A DNA stretch of 64,000 nucleotides from Phoronis australis (taxonomy: Eukaryota; Animalia; Phoronida): the NCBI GenBank assembly GCA_002633005.1, contig NMRA01000587.1, positions 1-64,000 of the forward strand. Reading direction: 5' to 3'. Positions 12,901-26,102 of this stretch are shown here, piece after piece; position 1 is the first letter of the stretch, and every line of letters begins with the position of its first letter. The notes beneath the pieces are model-generated. The model was not told the DNA's origin. It saw nothing but the letters and a program-made list of their open reading frames with translations, and did not search any database. Position numbers and translations under genes: made by a program.

Positions 12901-15900
12901 CGGAAAACTTCATTTTATTCTCGAAATAGCCTGATAATCGGTGAATCGCGAGGCTTCTTCTATGGGTATGTGTGTCACAGGCCTAACCTATAAGCAACGA
13001 CTTCTGTGATTTGTGGATTGCTTACTTCGTCTAATGCCGGCTATTTACGGCTACGTACTGTTGACAAAATGGCTAAGCATGAGGGGTCGCATATTCTGAG
13101 GTGTGAAAAAAGTAGCTTCAGAAAGAAGGAACCAGTCTGTTTTTGCCACATTCCAAGGAATGACAATGTCTTATTCAAGGGACCATGGAATTTATACTGC
13201 AAGTTCTATAGCGTGTTGTTTTTTTGTGGACATGGTGAAGGCACTGACTTTGCAGCATGTTGAGCTGACAATAATACTCGAGCGACAGTCGAGCCTTGAG
13301 CCTCGAGGTCTTTTCACATGCAGTACAGTGGTACGTGTTCACAGTCACTTGCAATGAATAATTATTCAAAACTCTTGTGAATGGTTAAGAATATATCGTC
13401 TGGTGCAAAACATCGTCCAGTGCAGATTCATCAACACATTTTTACAGATATGTTTTTGTGTTAAGAAATGTGGTGTACATTAGACATGTATTAACAACTA
13501 AGTTCAGTTAGGACATTTTCTATTGATTAACAGGATCTTTTCTCTTAAAGCGCGTTGTTCGTCAACTAAACTACTTAAATTACTCTGAAAATTGGTGATC
13601 AATCCACTATGTGTATTTTAGAAACTGTTTCAGAGCCAAGTAAGTACTAGGAAAAGTACCCAGGCATGTGCGTCCTCGGGGGGGAGGGGGGCTTGAATTA
13701 GTCCATTTGGCAAAGTGGATAAAAAGGTCCTGAGAGAAACCATAAGTCCGAGAAAACAAGACAAATGTCCACTAAAGAGGGAAGAATTTGGCAAAAGCTC
13801 TGAACGCTGAGCAAACCTGCTGTTTTTGTTTTTTTTAGTTTAGTGAAAAGTCCTCTGTCTGCGAAAAATTCGACCTCCATTTATTTTAGGGTAAATTTGG
13901 TCTGTACGCGAAAATCTGGAAATTTACTGAAAAATCTGCAAATCTAGTGTTCAGAGTGCTCCATGCAATGCAGTTTTGGTGGTACACACATCAAGTCTGA
14001 TCATGTCCTGACACGAATGCTATCTAAACCACAAATTCAATCTTTTTTGTTCACTCTTAAATCTAATACAGCAGCATCTCAAGACCTGTTATTACCTCAT
14101 TTTTTTGGTAATTGAATGTGAATTGCTACCTCTCAATGTGAGGGAATATCCCATGGCCTATAGATGTCAGCACGAGTGTATGACACTTCTTGTGGGAAAA
14201 GGATGCTGCTAAGAAGGAGTCAGGTTTTGTTTAAATGACCAGTTTGCATTGTTAAGTAATCTTACACAACTTATTTCAAATTATGACTCGAATTTCATAG
14301 TTACTTGACTGTGTAGAATTTGGTAGTCTATGGCATACATTAAGTTTTTTACTGATGGTTTAGGTATTTGAAATTCTGCAGCAAATGTAATTTGCTATTC
14401 AAAACTCCAATCACTTCATTATGTCTTTCCCAATCTGTGCAGACCAGCTCTAACCAGTCTCAGATGGAGGTTGCACCTAGAGATGATGCTAGCCCTCTGT
14501 TGAGGAAACGAAGCACGAAGCCTCATTTTGACTACTTGCACCTTGGCCTTGGGGAGTATGCTGCAGAGTCGGACAGTTCTCTCACAAGTCGGAATAATAG
14601 TAAGAAGCAGAAACAAAGGAAAAAATCAGATGTCGATATGTCCGAGAGCAAGCAGGGTCTTGAACCATCATGGTAAGTCGAAACATTTAAAATGTTTTCA
14701 ACAGGATGCAGTCTAGCATTTTGCGAGTCTTTTACGTGACCCATTTTGTTGTGCAAGACAGGCTGAGGAGGAAAAGCAAAGTCTTTCATTCACAGCATCT
14801 TGAAACATTGGACTGTGTTATTTGAAACTGTTGAATATCTCGCTGCACTACAGGGACAATTTGGTTGCGTGATGGTTGCAAAAAATTTAAAAAGACAATT
14901 GAAAATGTTACATATTTGAATGCAAACCACTGTCCTTCAACTACTCTTTTGCCAGTTTGCCACAAAAGGCATATTTCGCCATGACAGTGATTGCATGATG
15001 GTCTCAAAGAATTTATGCAAGACACTTGAAAATATTAGAATGCAGAACACTGACCTCCAGTGGGTCCACCGTTTTGCCACAAAAGGCCTATTTCGGAAAA
15101 TGGCTTTTAGACAGTGTTCAGAATTGACCTCTTCAATGGTAATTTTGGCTTAAGCAACTCAAACATTATTTTACCTTAGTTTGAAATGGAATTTTGGGCT
15201 TTGGAAAGTGCACAGAAGAATAATTTGAGCTAATTCTTTGTCAGAGGCCGCAAGGTTGATGCCATTGTTGAGCCACAATGCCTTGAATCAGATGCACAAG
15301 TGATTTTAAATCTTAAATTATTGGTTAGGACAAATAATGCATTTGTGATTTTTTATCTCCTTTGAATATCATTGATGAAGCTTGCTTTCTTTATCATAAC
15401 TTAAAACTTTAATACTATTTTTTGAATTCTCTGCTTGTGTAGGGAACAGTTAAGTAAAATTTAACCCTTTCTCACCTACTTAGGACTAGGAAAGCTTCTA
15501 CCAATGGGGATGACTCCATGAAAGGGCGACCTCGACGAAAGTTGTACAAGCGAGCTGGAAACATGAGTGTGCATCGGCAGCCATTGTTACGAACGGACGG
15601 CCATGACTCGGAAGAAGAATGGATAAAGAAGATGAAAATGGTCCATGGAACTGACAGTGATGCCAGCTGTAAGTCCTACAGCAGTGTGCTGTTACTTTCT
15701 CAAACTTTAAATTGAATGTTTACCATACTCGACCATTTTACTGCATTGTATGCTTTAAAGTGACATTATCGGTGAGAAGTCTTGTGAGATTAGCCTCAGC
15801 GTGGATTCCAACCTCACAGTTTCCACTGAGATTAGCCTCAGTGTGGATTCCAACCTCACAGTTTCCACTGAGATTAGCCCAGCGTGGATTCCATTGCGGA

Positions 15901-18900
15901 ACCTTCATAGTTTCCACTCAGTAAATTGGAGAGTATTTAACCATTTTAAGAACTGTTGATAAAATCAACCACCTTGATTTCAGCAAATGTCTCTTAGACA
16001 ATGGCGAGAATTGTCGATTTGTTATAAACAAAACAAAGTATTTTATTTCTTTTAGTTCTGGTCAAAGCTTATCACTTCAAAACTCTATCCCATGCAATAA
16101 TAATCTCCAAAATCTGTTTTTGGTCGCAAAAATGACGATGTTCCTTTAAAGTGTAATTTTCAAGTAGTGCACAGTCCCAGAATGCGAGAGTGCTAGTTCC
16201 TACTGGGTGGATAGTGAGGTCACAACAAACACTGTGTGCTTTAATGTTTCACATTCTGTTGCATGATGGGAGTTGAGCTGTCAGGGACATGTTTGGATGT
16301 GTAGGACAGTCATGTAAAACTCTCTCACAAAGTAACAATCTAATATTCATTTGTGCCACCCGGTGCTTTTTCCAAAACTTCTGTGTGTACTTATGAAGGT
16401 GTGAGGTTTATTATAACAGTGGAATACTGCAAACTAAGTCATTGTAACTTTTTTAAATTGCACCATGCTTTGATAGATGCATTCACCAGTTTCAAGCTTT
16501 TTATAAACTGTCTTCTCCAAACATTCTTTTTGATCTTTCCTCTGTTAGACCAGTTTGAGTGACACACTGATATGACTGCCACAAGCTTTTTTGCTATTTG
16601 TATTTTTTGGTATGGCATCCGTGACTCTTGTGTTCATCAAATATTTCCACCTGAAAATATCGCCATTAATTCTTTCAACTGGAGATGACGAAATTTTTAT
16701 GTCTAGTCTGCACGCCTCTTGTTGGCCACGTCAAAGATTTACTTATTTCTACTTCAACTGGAAAGTTGACAAAAAATCTACCAGAAAATCAACGAGATTT
16801 GGCCAGCCATTTGTTCCCAGGGAAAAACTTAGCCACTCCCCCTATCGCCAATGCGAATAAAAATGGTGATGGGCGAGTAGAAGCTGACTTACCGGTCGCC
16901 CAGGTGGCGAGCGAATTTTCAGAGCGCGAAAACACTATATCGTTTCCCAGATGATCCTAATGCAAATACAGTATTTTTCATGATTATTTTTCGCACTTTA
17001 TTTTCTGAATAAAACTTTCTGTTGGTTTCGCCAAGCGATAGCGCTCCTAACAACTGTTGCTCTCTTCTATTGTGGCTTCATTATACTCTGGCTTTAATCA
17101 CGTGTTATACTTTCTATTTAACAGTGGAGGATTTTGGTGAGTGTGACTTGTAATGGTTAATTTCCTGCTGTGTTCTAAAACCCAATTGTTTGCTGTGAAG
17201 TGTGCTAGGCTTAGAGTTCTCCTAGTAGCCAACCACGGGGTGTATTAAATAACGCTGGTCACTCATGGGACATTTGTGATAAGTCATGACGTATGTTAAT
17301 GTACAGAAATCTTGGTTTCCGTGATTCTACTGCTGTTACAGCTGGCCAGTCAATCTCTGTGGCGATCATTTTGCTGATGTTTTTTATTACAGTCATAAGC
17401 GTACTCGCAAAATACTAGTAAGGTCTTGGATTGTGTTTGCCTGATCTTAACGTGATCTTGCACATTTTTTAAAATGTTGATTAAGAATATAGTGTACAAT
17501 AATTGGAGTTCATCCCAAAACGTGCTAAAGCGCTTTTTGATGTTACATGTATTGTGATCTTGCGAGTTCTCACCAGACATGAGACTCTGGCGTTATTGAA
17601 CTCATCCCACCATATTGGACTCCCCCAACTGCATTCTATGCTCTACCAGAGGGCAGTATATGTCTACTCTGTGACGCTCCTATGTTTCCACTATTTCTTA
17701 GAGATATTTATCATTAGCACATCTTTGCACCAAAAAGTAGTGTCCAAAGGATTCCCTTTTAAGGATTCTGTGGCTTTTGCATGACTGCGTGTACAATAAA
17801 AAAAATTCACGTACGATTGACAAGCACCACCAGGTGAACCTGTTTGTCTTTTGATAAAAAATGGCAATTGTGAGTGTTGCTTCGAATATATTTCAGTGAC
17901 GGATTAGTAAAACCTATTTGTGTTGAGAATTTGCTCGTGGCTGTGCGTTTGTTTTGATTAATTGTACTAACAAGGTTGCATGACTTTTGTAGTCTTGGGT
18001 ACGCCTTGGTAGTGTAATGAATGAGCAATTTTGAAACTTTCAGAAAACAACTGTCCAACTACAAATTCATAGTCACAGGTAGTCAGTAGGGGTGCATGTA
18101 CAGGCCGGGAGTGCACCTCACCCCGGCTACAGCCTGTGTTTTGAATTGAACCAACATGTTTGTGTTCCTAAAAAAGGTTTTTCATAGTTTGCGGAGGTAG
18201 GGTCAAATAATAGCTCACAGGCTGCGTTCTTGCTGTTCTGGACTTTTTTCTCTGCTCTCTACAGTCCTTTGTGAACTAATGACAGGTTGTTGACAGTTTC
18301 CTACCATAATCGCATTTAACACTTTCCATTTTAAAAAGGGAATTTCCACTCATTCCCTTTTTGTGCCTGAAAAGTTGCAGAATTTGCAAAACAAAAAAAT
18401 TAAGTTGTACTTGACATTCGTCCACCCTCCCTAAAAAGCCATGTTGAAATATCTGTCCAGCTGCAGCTCTCTGTTCACAATTGTTGTAGTAGGATCTGGA
18501 GGTTAGATTTTGAAAGTTTAGCTAAATAGTAAGTTGAATCATGGCTTCTCTCAAGTCTATATAACTATCTGTCAAACATTAATTGCAGCAAAGAAGGTAA
18601 AGGAAGAAAAGCTCCGCCCACAATCTAAATAATACATGTGGATGCTTCAAGTTTATAACTATCTGTCCATCATTCTTGCAGTACAGCAGGGCTATCAGGA
18701 AAAGCTTCGCCCACCTAGTGCCCCTCCGCCGTCTATGTTTGACATTGTCAAGCAAGTGGAACCCCTAGTGCAGACTAGAATTCATGAAGAGTCATCCGAG
18801 TCAGAAACTGACAGTGATCGTGAGGAGGTACGCCGACAAATGAAGGAAATGTCAGCTGAAGCTGCCGTGGATACCGACGATGAAAGTGACAATGATGATA

Positions 18901-21900
18901 ACGATGTCCATGACCAGAAGACGAGTACTCCGAAGTTCAAAAAACTTTCTCAGAAAGCACTTGATAAAAATCAAGTTGTTGGTGAACAGAATTTATATGA
19001 TGGGACACCAGCCAAGGTTGCTAAGAAGGTCCGAAGTGAAAGCGATGAGAGTGCATCGGGAACAGAAGACGATGAAGAAGAAGAAATGAATGTGTCAGTT
19101 GATTCAGCTGAAAAAACTGAGAAGGAAAGTGAATCACGAGGGAAGTCTGTGGTAAAAAATGGGCATCGAAGAGGGAACCTCCCCAACAAAGGTGCAGGTC
19201 TGGCGGCCTCGGACAGTGATGAGGATGATAGACCTCCTCTGCCAACCTCATCTCCCCCCACTACCCTGCGTGATACTTATGAGAAACCATCATTTTTCAA
19301 TCGTTCCAATCGTGGTACGACTTCACTAGGAAGACATGCTGAAGATGAGAATGAGGGTAAGTGTGACAATGTGGTTTTAGTGGAAACAAAATGATCAGTA
19401 ATAATCCCGTTTAGAATGTGTTAAACAAAAAAATTCTTTGCATCATTCTAAGGTTGAGTGCATCTGACCGAGTTCCATCATGTTTTATCCCTTGCATCTT
19501 TTCAAGTGTAATGTTCCACATGCAAAGTTCCATGATGTTTAATAGTTCATATTTAGTATACCTTGTTCAATGCTCCATGTTCAACAGTCTGTATCCAATA
19601 CTCCTTGTTCAGTATTTCATTTCTACACTCCTTGTTCAATACTCTTTGTTCAACACTCCATGTTCAATCCATGTGCAATACTCCATGTTCAATATTTTGT
19701 TCTCGGTGTTCAATACTCTGTGTTCAATCCTCCATGCTCACTACTCCATTTTCAATACTTCGTGTTTGATACTCCATGTTCAAAACTTTGATTCAATACT
19801 CCATGTTCAAAACTCTGTGTTCTATACTCCGATACTTTGTCTTCTATATTCCATGTTTAATACTCCGTGTTCAATACATGTTCAATACTCTGTGTTCAGT
19901 ACTGCATGTCCAATAATCCATGTTCAATACTCTGTGTTCTATACTCCGTGTTCTATGCTCATGTTCAATACTCCGTTTTCTATACTCCGTGTTCGATAAT
20001 CTGTCTTCTATACTCCATGTTTAATACTTCGCGTTCAGTACTATATGTTCACTACTCCATGTTCACTGCTCCGTGTTCAGTAGCACAGTTTGTTGGCAAA
20101 CTTCAACTGAATTGATGGGCTTCATTTTATTCAATGAATTTTGTGACAGTGATGGAGACCTTGATGCTACATATAGTCTTGGAAAGGAAATCTGTAGCAG
20201 TAAATGTGCTTAGACTCCCCATAAATGCAATACTACGAATGATTATTTTCGCTAGCTGTCTCTGATGGTAAAGTTACAAACTGTATGTGAGATAGTGACA
20301 GTCTTGAAAGTGATACTGTTGTTGAGGTGAAACAGCGACTCATTACAGGTGAAATATTTGTCATAGTTTATCACTTAGCTGTGCTTCTGTTGATGTTCAT
20401 TTGTTTCAACCTTTGGCAGATCCACCTTATGCTTCAATACAACATGTTCGGAATGGCACCAATCATAAAGAGAGCGATGACGATATTGACGATGACCCCA
20501 TATACAGTGATGCGCCCCCTACATTACCACAGAGGAACTATTCACAGCTGTCTCGAGCTCAAAAGTGAGTACTAAATATATCTAGCTAGGTTTGGGTTCT
20601 AATCTTCATACTCGAAATCAAACCCAATCACTTCAGAGATTATTGATTCTACTTTTGTGTGAACTCAGTGTAACTGTTTGTTGATCTTTGCACCTCATGA
20701 TTTACGGGGATGAAGGATGTGGCCTTATTAGATCATTGTAATGTCATTACCTTTGCACATCATATAATATAGCTATTGCTGAAAAAAGCAATCATAATAT
20801 CTTTATCAGCTGGCTAAACCATTTGTTGAGGTTTGTAGGGCTCCTAGAAAGTACTGTTTGTGAGTACTTGAGGGTAACAATTTTATTTTTGTGTTTTTTC
20901 AATTACAGTACTAGTATGTTTTCAAAATCTGAAAGTTCCTGGTTACAAAATGTACACATTTTTTAGAAATTTGATTTTAAGTTTACCAAGGAGCTTTGTA
21001 AAACAAGTAATCAGGTCTCATGGATATTCTTGTACTTAACAATAATACAGTCACATTACACCTTCCACTTTTGTAGACTAATTACAAACAGTGAAATCTA
21101 AAATTTAAAGTGACACCCAGCGGCAGAAATATGAACTAACTCTGGTTTTTCTATGAGGTTATTCTGGCATTTTCCTTGTTTTTTCCTTTTTCGTTGTTTA
21201 TATTATGCTTTTAACTGTCTCATGTCTTTATCAGACTAGGTGTCCTCCTTCATAGCTGTCTCAACTGATCTTTTTCTTTTTTCTTTCAATCAGAAATCCA
21301 ACAAGGTAACCATGTTTTTCTTATAACACCAGTCTTTAATCCTCACTCATTAATCCTTTCCTTTGTCACATTTCACCATGTTTTTATTAATTTCACTTAG
21401 CTAACGTAGTTTTCAAAGCAATGAACACCTTTTTGTCATGTTTCATGGCAGCGTAATTTGCCTGCTAACTGTGAATACAATGCGTGGATTGTTGCACTAT
21501 ATCCCTTGTGTGAATTTGAGCTTTAGTCAAAAAGCATCTTATGATCTGAACTCAAAATGCAAAAAGCGTGCATTTTGGTCATAAAAATTGCAATGGGCTC
21601 AATGAATTCTGCTACTCGTTTCATTGTGACAGGTGTAAATTTGGGTGGTATATGGTTGAATTTCGCCAAATTTGGACAAAAATGATTGTTAAAGTCTGAC
21701 ACCATTTTCTCACTTTCATCAAGGATTTCTTACCTGGCTGTGATCGGCCAGTTTTCAAAATGTTTTTTTAATGTTAGATGTACAAAACTTGAACATGGTA
21801 GAGCATTTTATTTTGTGCTGTGTTGCAAATATGAAAATATCAACTTGAAATTTCTTCCTTCGGCCATATTGTGTCCTAACTTGGCGAGGGTTTACCATAC

Positions 21901-22318
21901 GTTTTTGCTCTGTAACACCTTAAACAATATTGTACCACATATTTCAGCTGTCTCATTGACTGTTTGTCATTCTTGAATGCTTACATTTCTGTAAAGTCCT
22001 TAAGAGTTGAGATTAATATGCTGAAAACAGGCTTATAATCAGCTTTGTAATGTCTCCAGCTAACTTTGGAGCCCTGTAGGTAATGAATAGCTCATGTCAA
22101 AGCCCAAGTGGATTTCCAACTCAAGCTAACCCGGGCTGCTTGTCTGTTGAGCGTAACCTTTTGTGATACTAGCTTAAAAATAAAGGGTGTTTTACCAGCT
22201 CTTTGTTTTGTTTATTTTCAGAGATATTGTTCAATACCGATACAATCAAAGCAAGGCTAACCAGACTGATTTGAATCTTCCATCTGCCACCAAATCAAAG
22301 ACATGCATAATATTGTAA
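6996..22318 (+). CDS. TTC24: Tetratricopeptide repeat protein, TTC24-like, 12-exon model (860 aa) with C-terminal CaaX
   Basis: Phase-consistent GT-AG exons: 6996-7006, 8621-9297, 9946-10161, 11059-11187, 12009-12202, 14443-14672, 15484-15668, 17125-17136, 18682-19356, 20420-20564, 21294-21305, 22222-22318 (2583 nt). N-terminal TPR helices; the segment [14 protein letters not shown]...[27 protein letters not shown] matches what I recall of TTC24. Acidic disordered C-half ending KSKTCIIL*. Confidence 0.8.
7903..7945. repeat. Perfect inverted repeat (21-bp arms, 1-nt spacer) in intron 1
   Basis: cagtcgctaacgtagaattgt-c-acaattctacgttagcgactg. Confidence 0.9.
8621..9297 (+). CDS. TTC24: TPR gene exon 2 (TPR repeats)
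   Basis: Acceptor ttttccag at 8613-8620, TPR motifs (ACSLNVGAIYVALGRYEQGLEFLQKA; DLYYNFGIGYEGLGKFSEAVKYYEKA), donor gtaaat at 9298. Confidence 0.9.
9946..10161 (+). CDS. TTC24: TPR gene exon 3
   Basis: Acceptor ccatgcag; KVFNQLGLIYTQ...VIMQNLGAVYNSMGDYQRS TPRs; donor gtgaga at 10162. Confidence 0.9.
10314..10367. repeat. Inverted repeat (16-bp arms)
   Basis: ttttgagaaccagttt ... aaactggttctcaaaa. Confidence 0.8.
11059..11187 (+). CDS. TTC24: TPR gene exon 4 (not in the ORF track)
   Basis: Acceptor aatttcag; encodes [43 protein letters not shown]; donor gtagga; phase 1 on both sides. Confidence 0.9.
12009..12202 (+). CDS. TTC24: TPR gene exon 5
   Basis: Acceptor tttcctag; [18 protein letters not shown]...AVTYYKQAL; donor cag|gtatgt. 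Confidence 0.9.
14443..14672 (+). CDS. TTC24: TPR gene exon 6 (disordered)
   Basis: Acceptor ctgtgcag (phase 0, matching exon 5); donor tg|gtaagt. Confidence 0.7.
15484..15668 (+). CDS. TTC24: TPR gene exon 7
   Basis: Polypyrimidine tract plus tag acceptor, phase 2 matching exon 6; donor gtaagt at 15669. Confidence 0.7.
15785..15893. repeat. 42-bp tandem repeat, about 2.5 copies, intronic
   Basis: tgagattagcctcag(c/t)gtggattccaacctcacagtttccac repeated. Confidence 0.9.
18682..19356 (+). CDS. TTC24: TPR gene exon 9 (acidic/Ser-rich disordered region)
   Basis: Acceptor ttcttgcag, long open frame (ORF 18636-19394), donor g|gtaagt at 19357. Confidence 0.8.
19560..20085. repeat. Degenerate ~14-bp minisatellite (tgttcaatactcca), intronic
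   Basis: Dozens of variant copies of tgttc(a/t)atactc(c/t)(a/g); explains the spurious ORFs at 19418-20115. Confidence 0.9.
20420..20564 (+). CDS. TTC24: TPR gene exon 10
   Basis: Acceptor ctttggcag; DPPYASIQH...DDDPIYSDAPPTLPQRNY; donor gtgagt at 20565. Confidence 0.7.
22222..22318 (+). CDS. TTC24: TPR gene terminal coding exon ending in CaaX (CIIL*)
   Basis: Strong acceptor tttattttcag, phase 2; DIVQYRYNQSKANQTDLNLPSATKSKTCIIL-TAA; candidate AATAAA at 23705-23710. Confidence 0.75.
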
Positions 22319-22847
22319 TCTGCATTTGGGACACCAGATGGCCCACTTGTAAAATGATGTATGACTTGGTAATTTAAAAAAATCAGGTTTCATTAGTTAT
22401 TATTTTAATATGTATCTTCGTTTGAACATTATTCTTTACTGGACCTTGTTGTACTGTTAGTTCTTTAGTTTTTTGAAGAAAATTAATTCACAGAATACAC
22501 AATTCTGACTACTTTATATAAATAGGAAAATGTAACCAGAGTTGTTTAAGATAACTGTACTGTGCAAAATGTGTTACTGTGGAATTTTCTTGAGGCAAAT
22601 TTTTGTTGACAATTTTCATAAAGTAAAATCCTTATTTTTACCGTATGGTGGATTAAATAGGTAATGGACTGTTGTGTCGCAACAAAACGACTAGTGTGTG
22701 GTGAATTGTTTAGTGCCATGTATCTAGGTGTCTAGCAGTCACGGACACAGGACCGTGGCGAGAGGCCATCGGAAAATGGACAGGCATGGGGGCACTTTGT
22801 ATTCTTCCTTTACATCCGTAATGCAAAGGGTTGAAGCAAGTGGTTAC

Positions 22848-22900
22848 CACCCCCTGGACCCACCCCTGGGACCCACCTCTGGACCCACCCCTGGCACCAC
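22848..22900. repeat. Short GC-rich tandem repeat (cacccctggac)
   Basis: Four imperfect copies in the probable 3' UTR. Confidence 0.6.
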
Positions 22901-25900
22901 TTTTTAGTTCCACACTCTCCAGCCAACTGGACCAGAATAGAAAGTTTCATTAGCCCTGTCAAAGAAATGTCTTTGAATAAAATGTTTTTGATTTTTTTAA
23001 TTGAGATTGTAATCATTCAAAGTTTTGACAGCGCCCTTTCATGAACTATCAAGTGCAATTACAAGAAAACCACAGCTTTCTCCACAGACGTTTTTTGTAC
23101 TTTATTATGTGTTTACTTGCTTTTGTTTTTATTATGGTTATGTTAGTCTTGAATATATGTATTCGCGCTACTTAACATATCGCAGATTTACAATGAAAAA
23201 CATGATGGTACATCTCCCTGTAAACGAAATTTAGTGCCAGTTTAGTCATATTTGTTCATGAATCTCATTTTAGCACTGAAGTGGTCTCATGAAATTCACA
23301 CCAAGACAGCCAAGCCTATTCGCAAGTCTTGTGTATAACAGTGAAGTCCCAAGTTAAGACTAACTTGCAATCTTATTTAACATGTCTCTGTAAGCTTGAG
23401 TGGTACTGGTCAGGCTTTCTCATGTGTGTCTTGGCTGAGATTGGTTATTTTAAATTAGTTGTTTTGAAAGCATTGCCTTCATTCGGAAAATACCCATTTA
23501 CTGCGCTGTTGGAATCGTTCACTTTGAGAATATTAGTGTGTGAACACTCCCCGTGGATTTTTTTTACTACTTACATGTAAATGTTTTCAAAGCAAGTTGA
23601 TTTGAAGAATATATGTCAATTTTGATTGTTTTGATTCAGGTATACACTCTAGTTAAAAACTGTTCTCAGATTATTTGTACTTTTGGAATGTGTTTTATAC
23701 GCACAATAAAATGTATTTTCTTGTTCTTGCTTATTTTATGTTTTCATGAACTTTTTTTTCTGTGCTAAAGGGATTTGATCATGTTGCAGTAGTGTGACGT
23801 CCCGGTGGAGGTGCCAATGAACTTTTAAACAGACTAAATTTAATGTCATTGGCGGATTTACGTTTCCGGAGACCTGGAGCTTCACAGCATGTCTAGGTAA
23901 TAAAGCACATAGTGAAATATATTAGCTTTTGACATAGGTCACGTAATTGCTGATATAAAAGTTTTCAAGTTTTTCCTTACTCAAATTAAAAGTGACTAGT
24001 CAGGATTTCGGAAGAGTTGCCGTTATTGCTTGACTTTTGAGACACGGATGGATTTAATGCGTCCAACAAGGCCCTAAGTAATAAACTACCAAACCTGCCC
24101 AAGCCCAAATAACTGAGTAGTCTCCAGAACAGTTTCGAGACCAGTTTCATTACGGAAAATAGCCAGAATCAGAGGTTACTTCTTTAACAGATGATTGGTT
24201 TGCTCGCGGCAGTTATTGGTGCGTTTTCAAAAATCGTCGGACCGCCACCTTTGAAGTTACTTAAATAAAATTTGAAGTATTAATTGAAAAGTCATGAAAT
24301 CTATTCTTTAAAATCCATGGTGTTTTTAATGTTTATTACGGAAAACGTTATGTAAATCAATTGGAAAGCGCACATGCGTCTGGCTTTGATGATCACCAAA
24401 TCATACATGTATGTGCTCGGAAATAATGTCCGAATATTTATTTTTACTTGGCCGCATTTCTTGGAGGTTGATATAGCACTTAATGGATATATAAGACTAG
24501 CAATTTTGTGAAACAAAAACGGAACTCCGGGCGGTGATCACTAAAATAAGTTTGTATCGAGAAAATGAAGATCACACTATTCTCGAGATATCCGACCACG
24601 CATTGCAAACGAAGCACGTGATTACATTAGTTTTACGCTCGAATGTCTCTACTGAGGACTGATTTGACCAATTTGATAACTGTATCGCTGTAAGTATCAA
24701 TTGGCCTGTGCTTTGAATGTCGGCTATCATCAACAATGACAAGGTGTTACATGTAAGCTACCGTATCACCATTATCATTGTGAGTGACACTTATCATGAT
24801 CATATAGAACACTAGACATACCGGGCCTACAGTTCTATGCTTTGATGTTGCGTCCTTTAATAATATAAGCGAGAGTGGCTTCATTGTCTGACTAATTTGC
24901 CTTCCTGTTCCCTCCCGGTGAGGATGGCGGTGTTCCACTGAGCATTAAAACGCTTTGTTTCTAGTGTGAAATGAATAAAAAAACAGTGCAGGCGTCATGA
25001 TGTCATTTGCGGTGCATCTGACGTACGTGCCGCACAGGCCACACTGTTGGGCCCACTGCACAGAACTCCTGAGGGGTTTCAACGTCAGTACTACACTACA
25101 GGACTGACTGGGTTACCCATATGCCCACATGCTCACGTGACGTGCCTGCGAGTTTACAGTGACCCGTTTAACATTGAGTAACATCTTTCGAATAGTCCAC
25201 TCTTTGGCTGTTGGCTGTCATGCCTATCAAACTCCAGCTCGACTTTGACACACATATTTTGCACACAAAACTTGCAAATCAGTTTTCTTAATTCAAAAGC
25301 TACAGAGACCTTTTCTGGAATTTTTAAGTACCTCGCTGTCAAAAATGAAGGCGTCACCATTCCTTTAACCCCCCCCCCCGATTCCTTTTTACCAACTATA
25401 GTTTCGGGATCAAGAGTCTTAAAATTCCTTTTGTAACAACTAAATGTAATAAATAATATTGTCATTCTTTGTGGTAAGATGTTTTTGTGGAAATAATGTA
25501 GAACTCCGTCCAAATCAGGACTTTCAGAAACAAATGCAGTCACGTGTTCGCAGAACATCGACTATTTTCAAGCATGTAGTAAGAGGGGCTGTGTGACGTA
25601 CAGCAAGGGTTTTGAAAACGTGAAGTCTCGTGGAGTTACAATTATTAAGAACTTTGTTATCAAAAATAATAACATAACCATGAAAAGCCACCTCGTTTTA
25701 CTTGAAAACGTCATGAAGCAAATTTCAACACACATGGAATATGTTAAAGCTTATTGCCAAATGATGCCCCTGGAATACAATATCACATTCTCAAAACCGA
25801 CATGATATGAATGTCTTAAATATATTTTTTAAAGTGTAAATTGCAAGGTCTAAGTATGTTAAATTGTAATTATATTTTCAAGATATTGTTAGTTGGATAT

Positions 25901-26102
25901 ATCTTCTTCCAATTATCATGTTATTGTGTCTGTAGTTACGCTAAAAAGCGAAAATTAAAAAAAATCCGCGAAAAGTTGACCTTTGACACCGTGACATGGT
26001 GTTGGGGAACACAAACTAGATCAATATCCCACAATGCAGTTCATCGCCCATACAAAACAGTGGAAGACGAACAAGGAGCGTTCAATCTTGGCGTGATTTG
26101 AC

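Noticed and set aside
19418-20115. Overlapping hydrophobic ORFs (193, 68, 73, 82 aa)
   Set aside because: Translations of the 14-bp intronic minisatellite.
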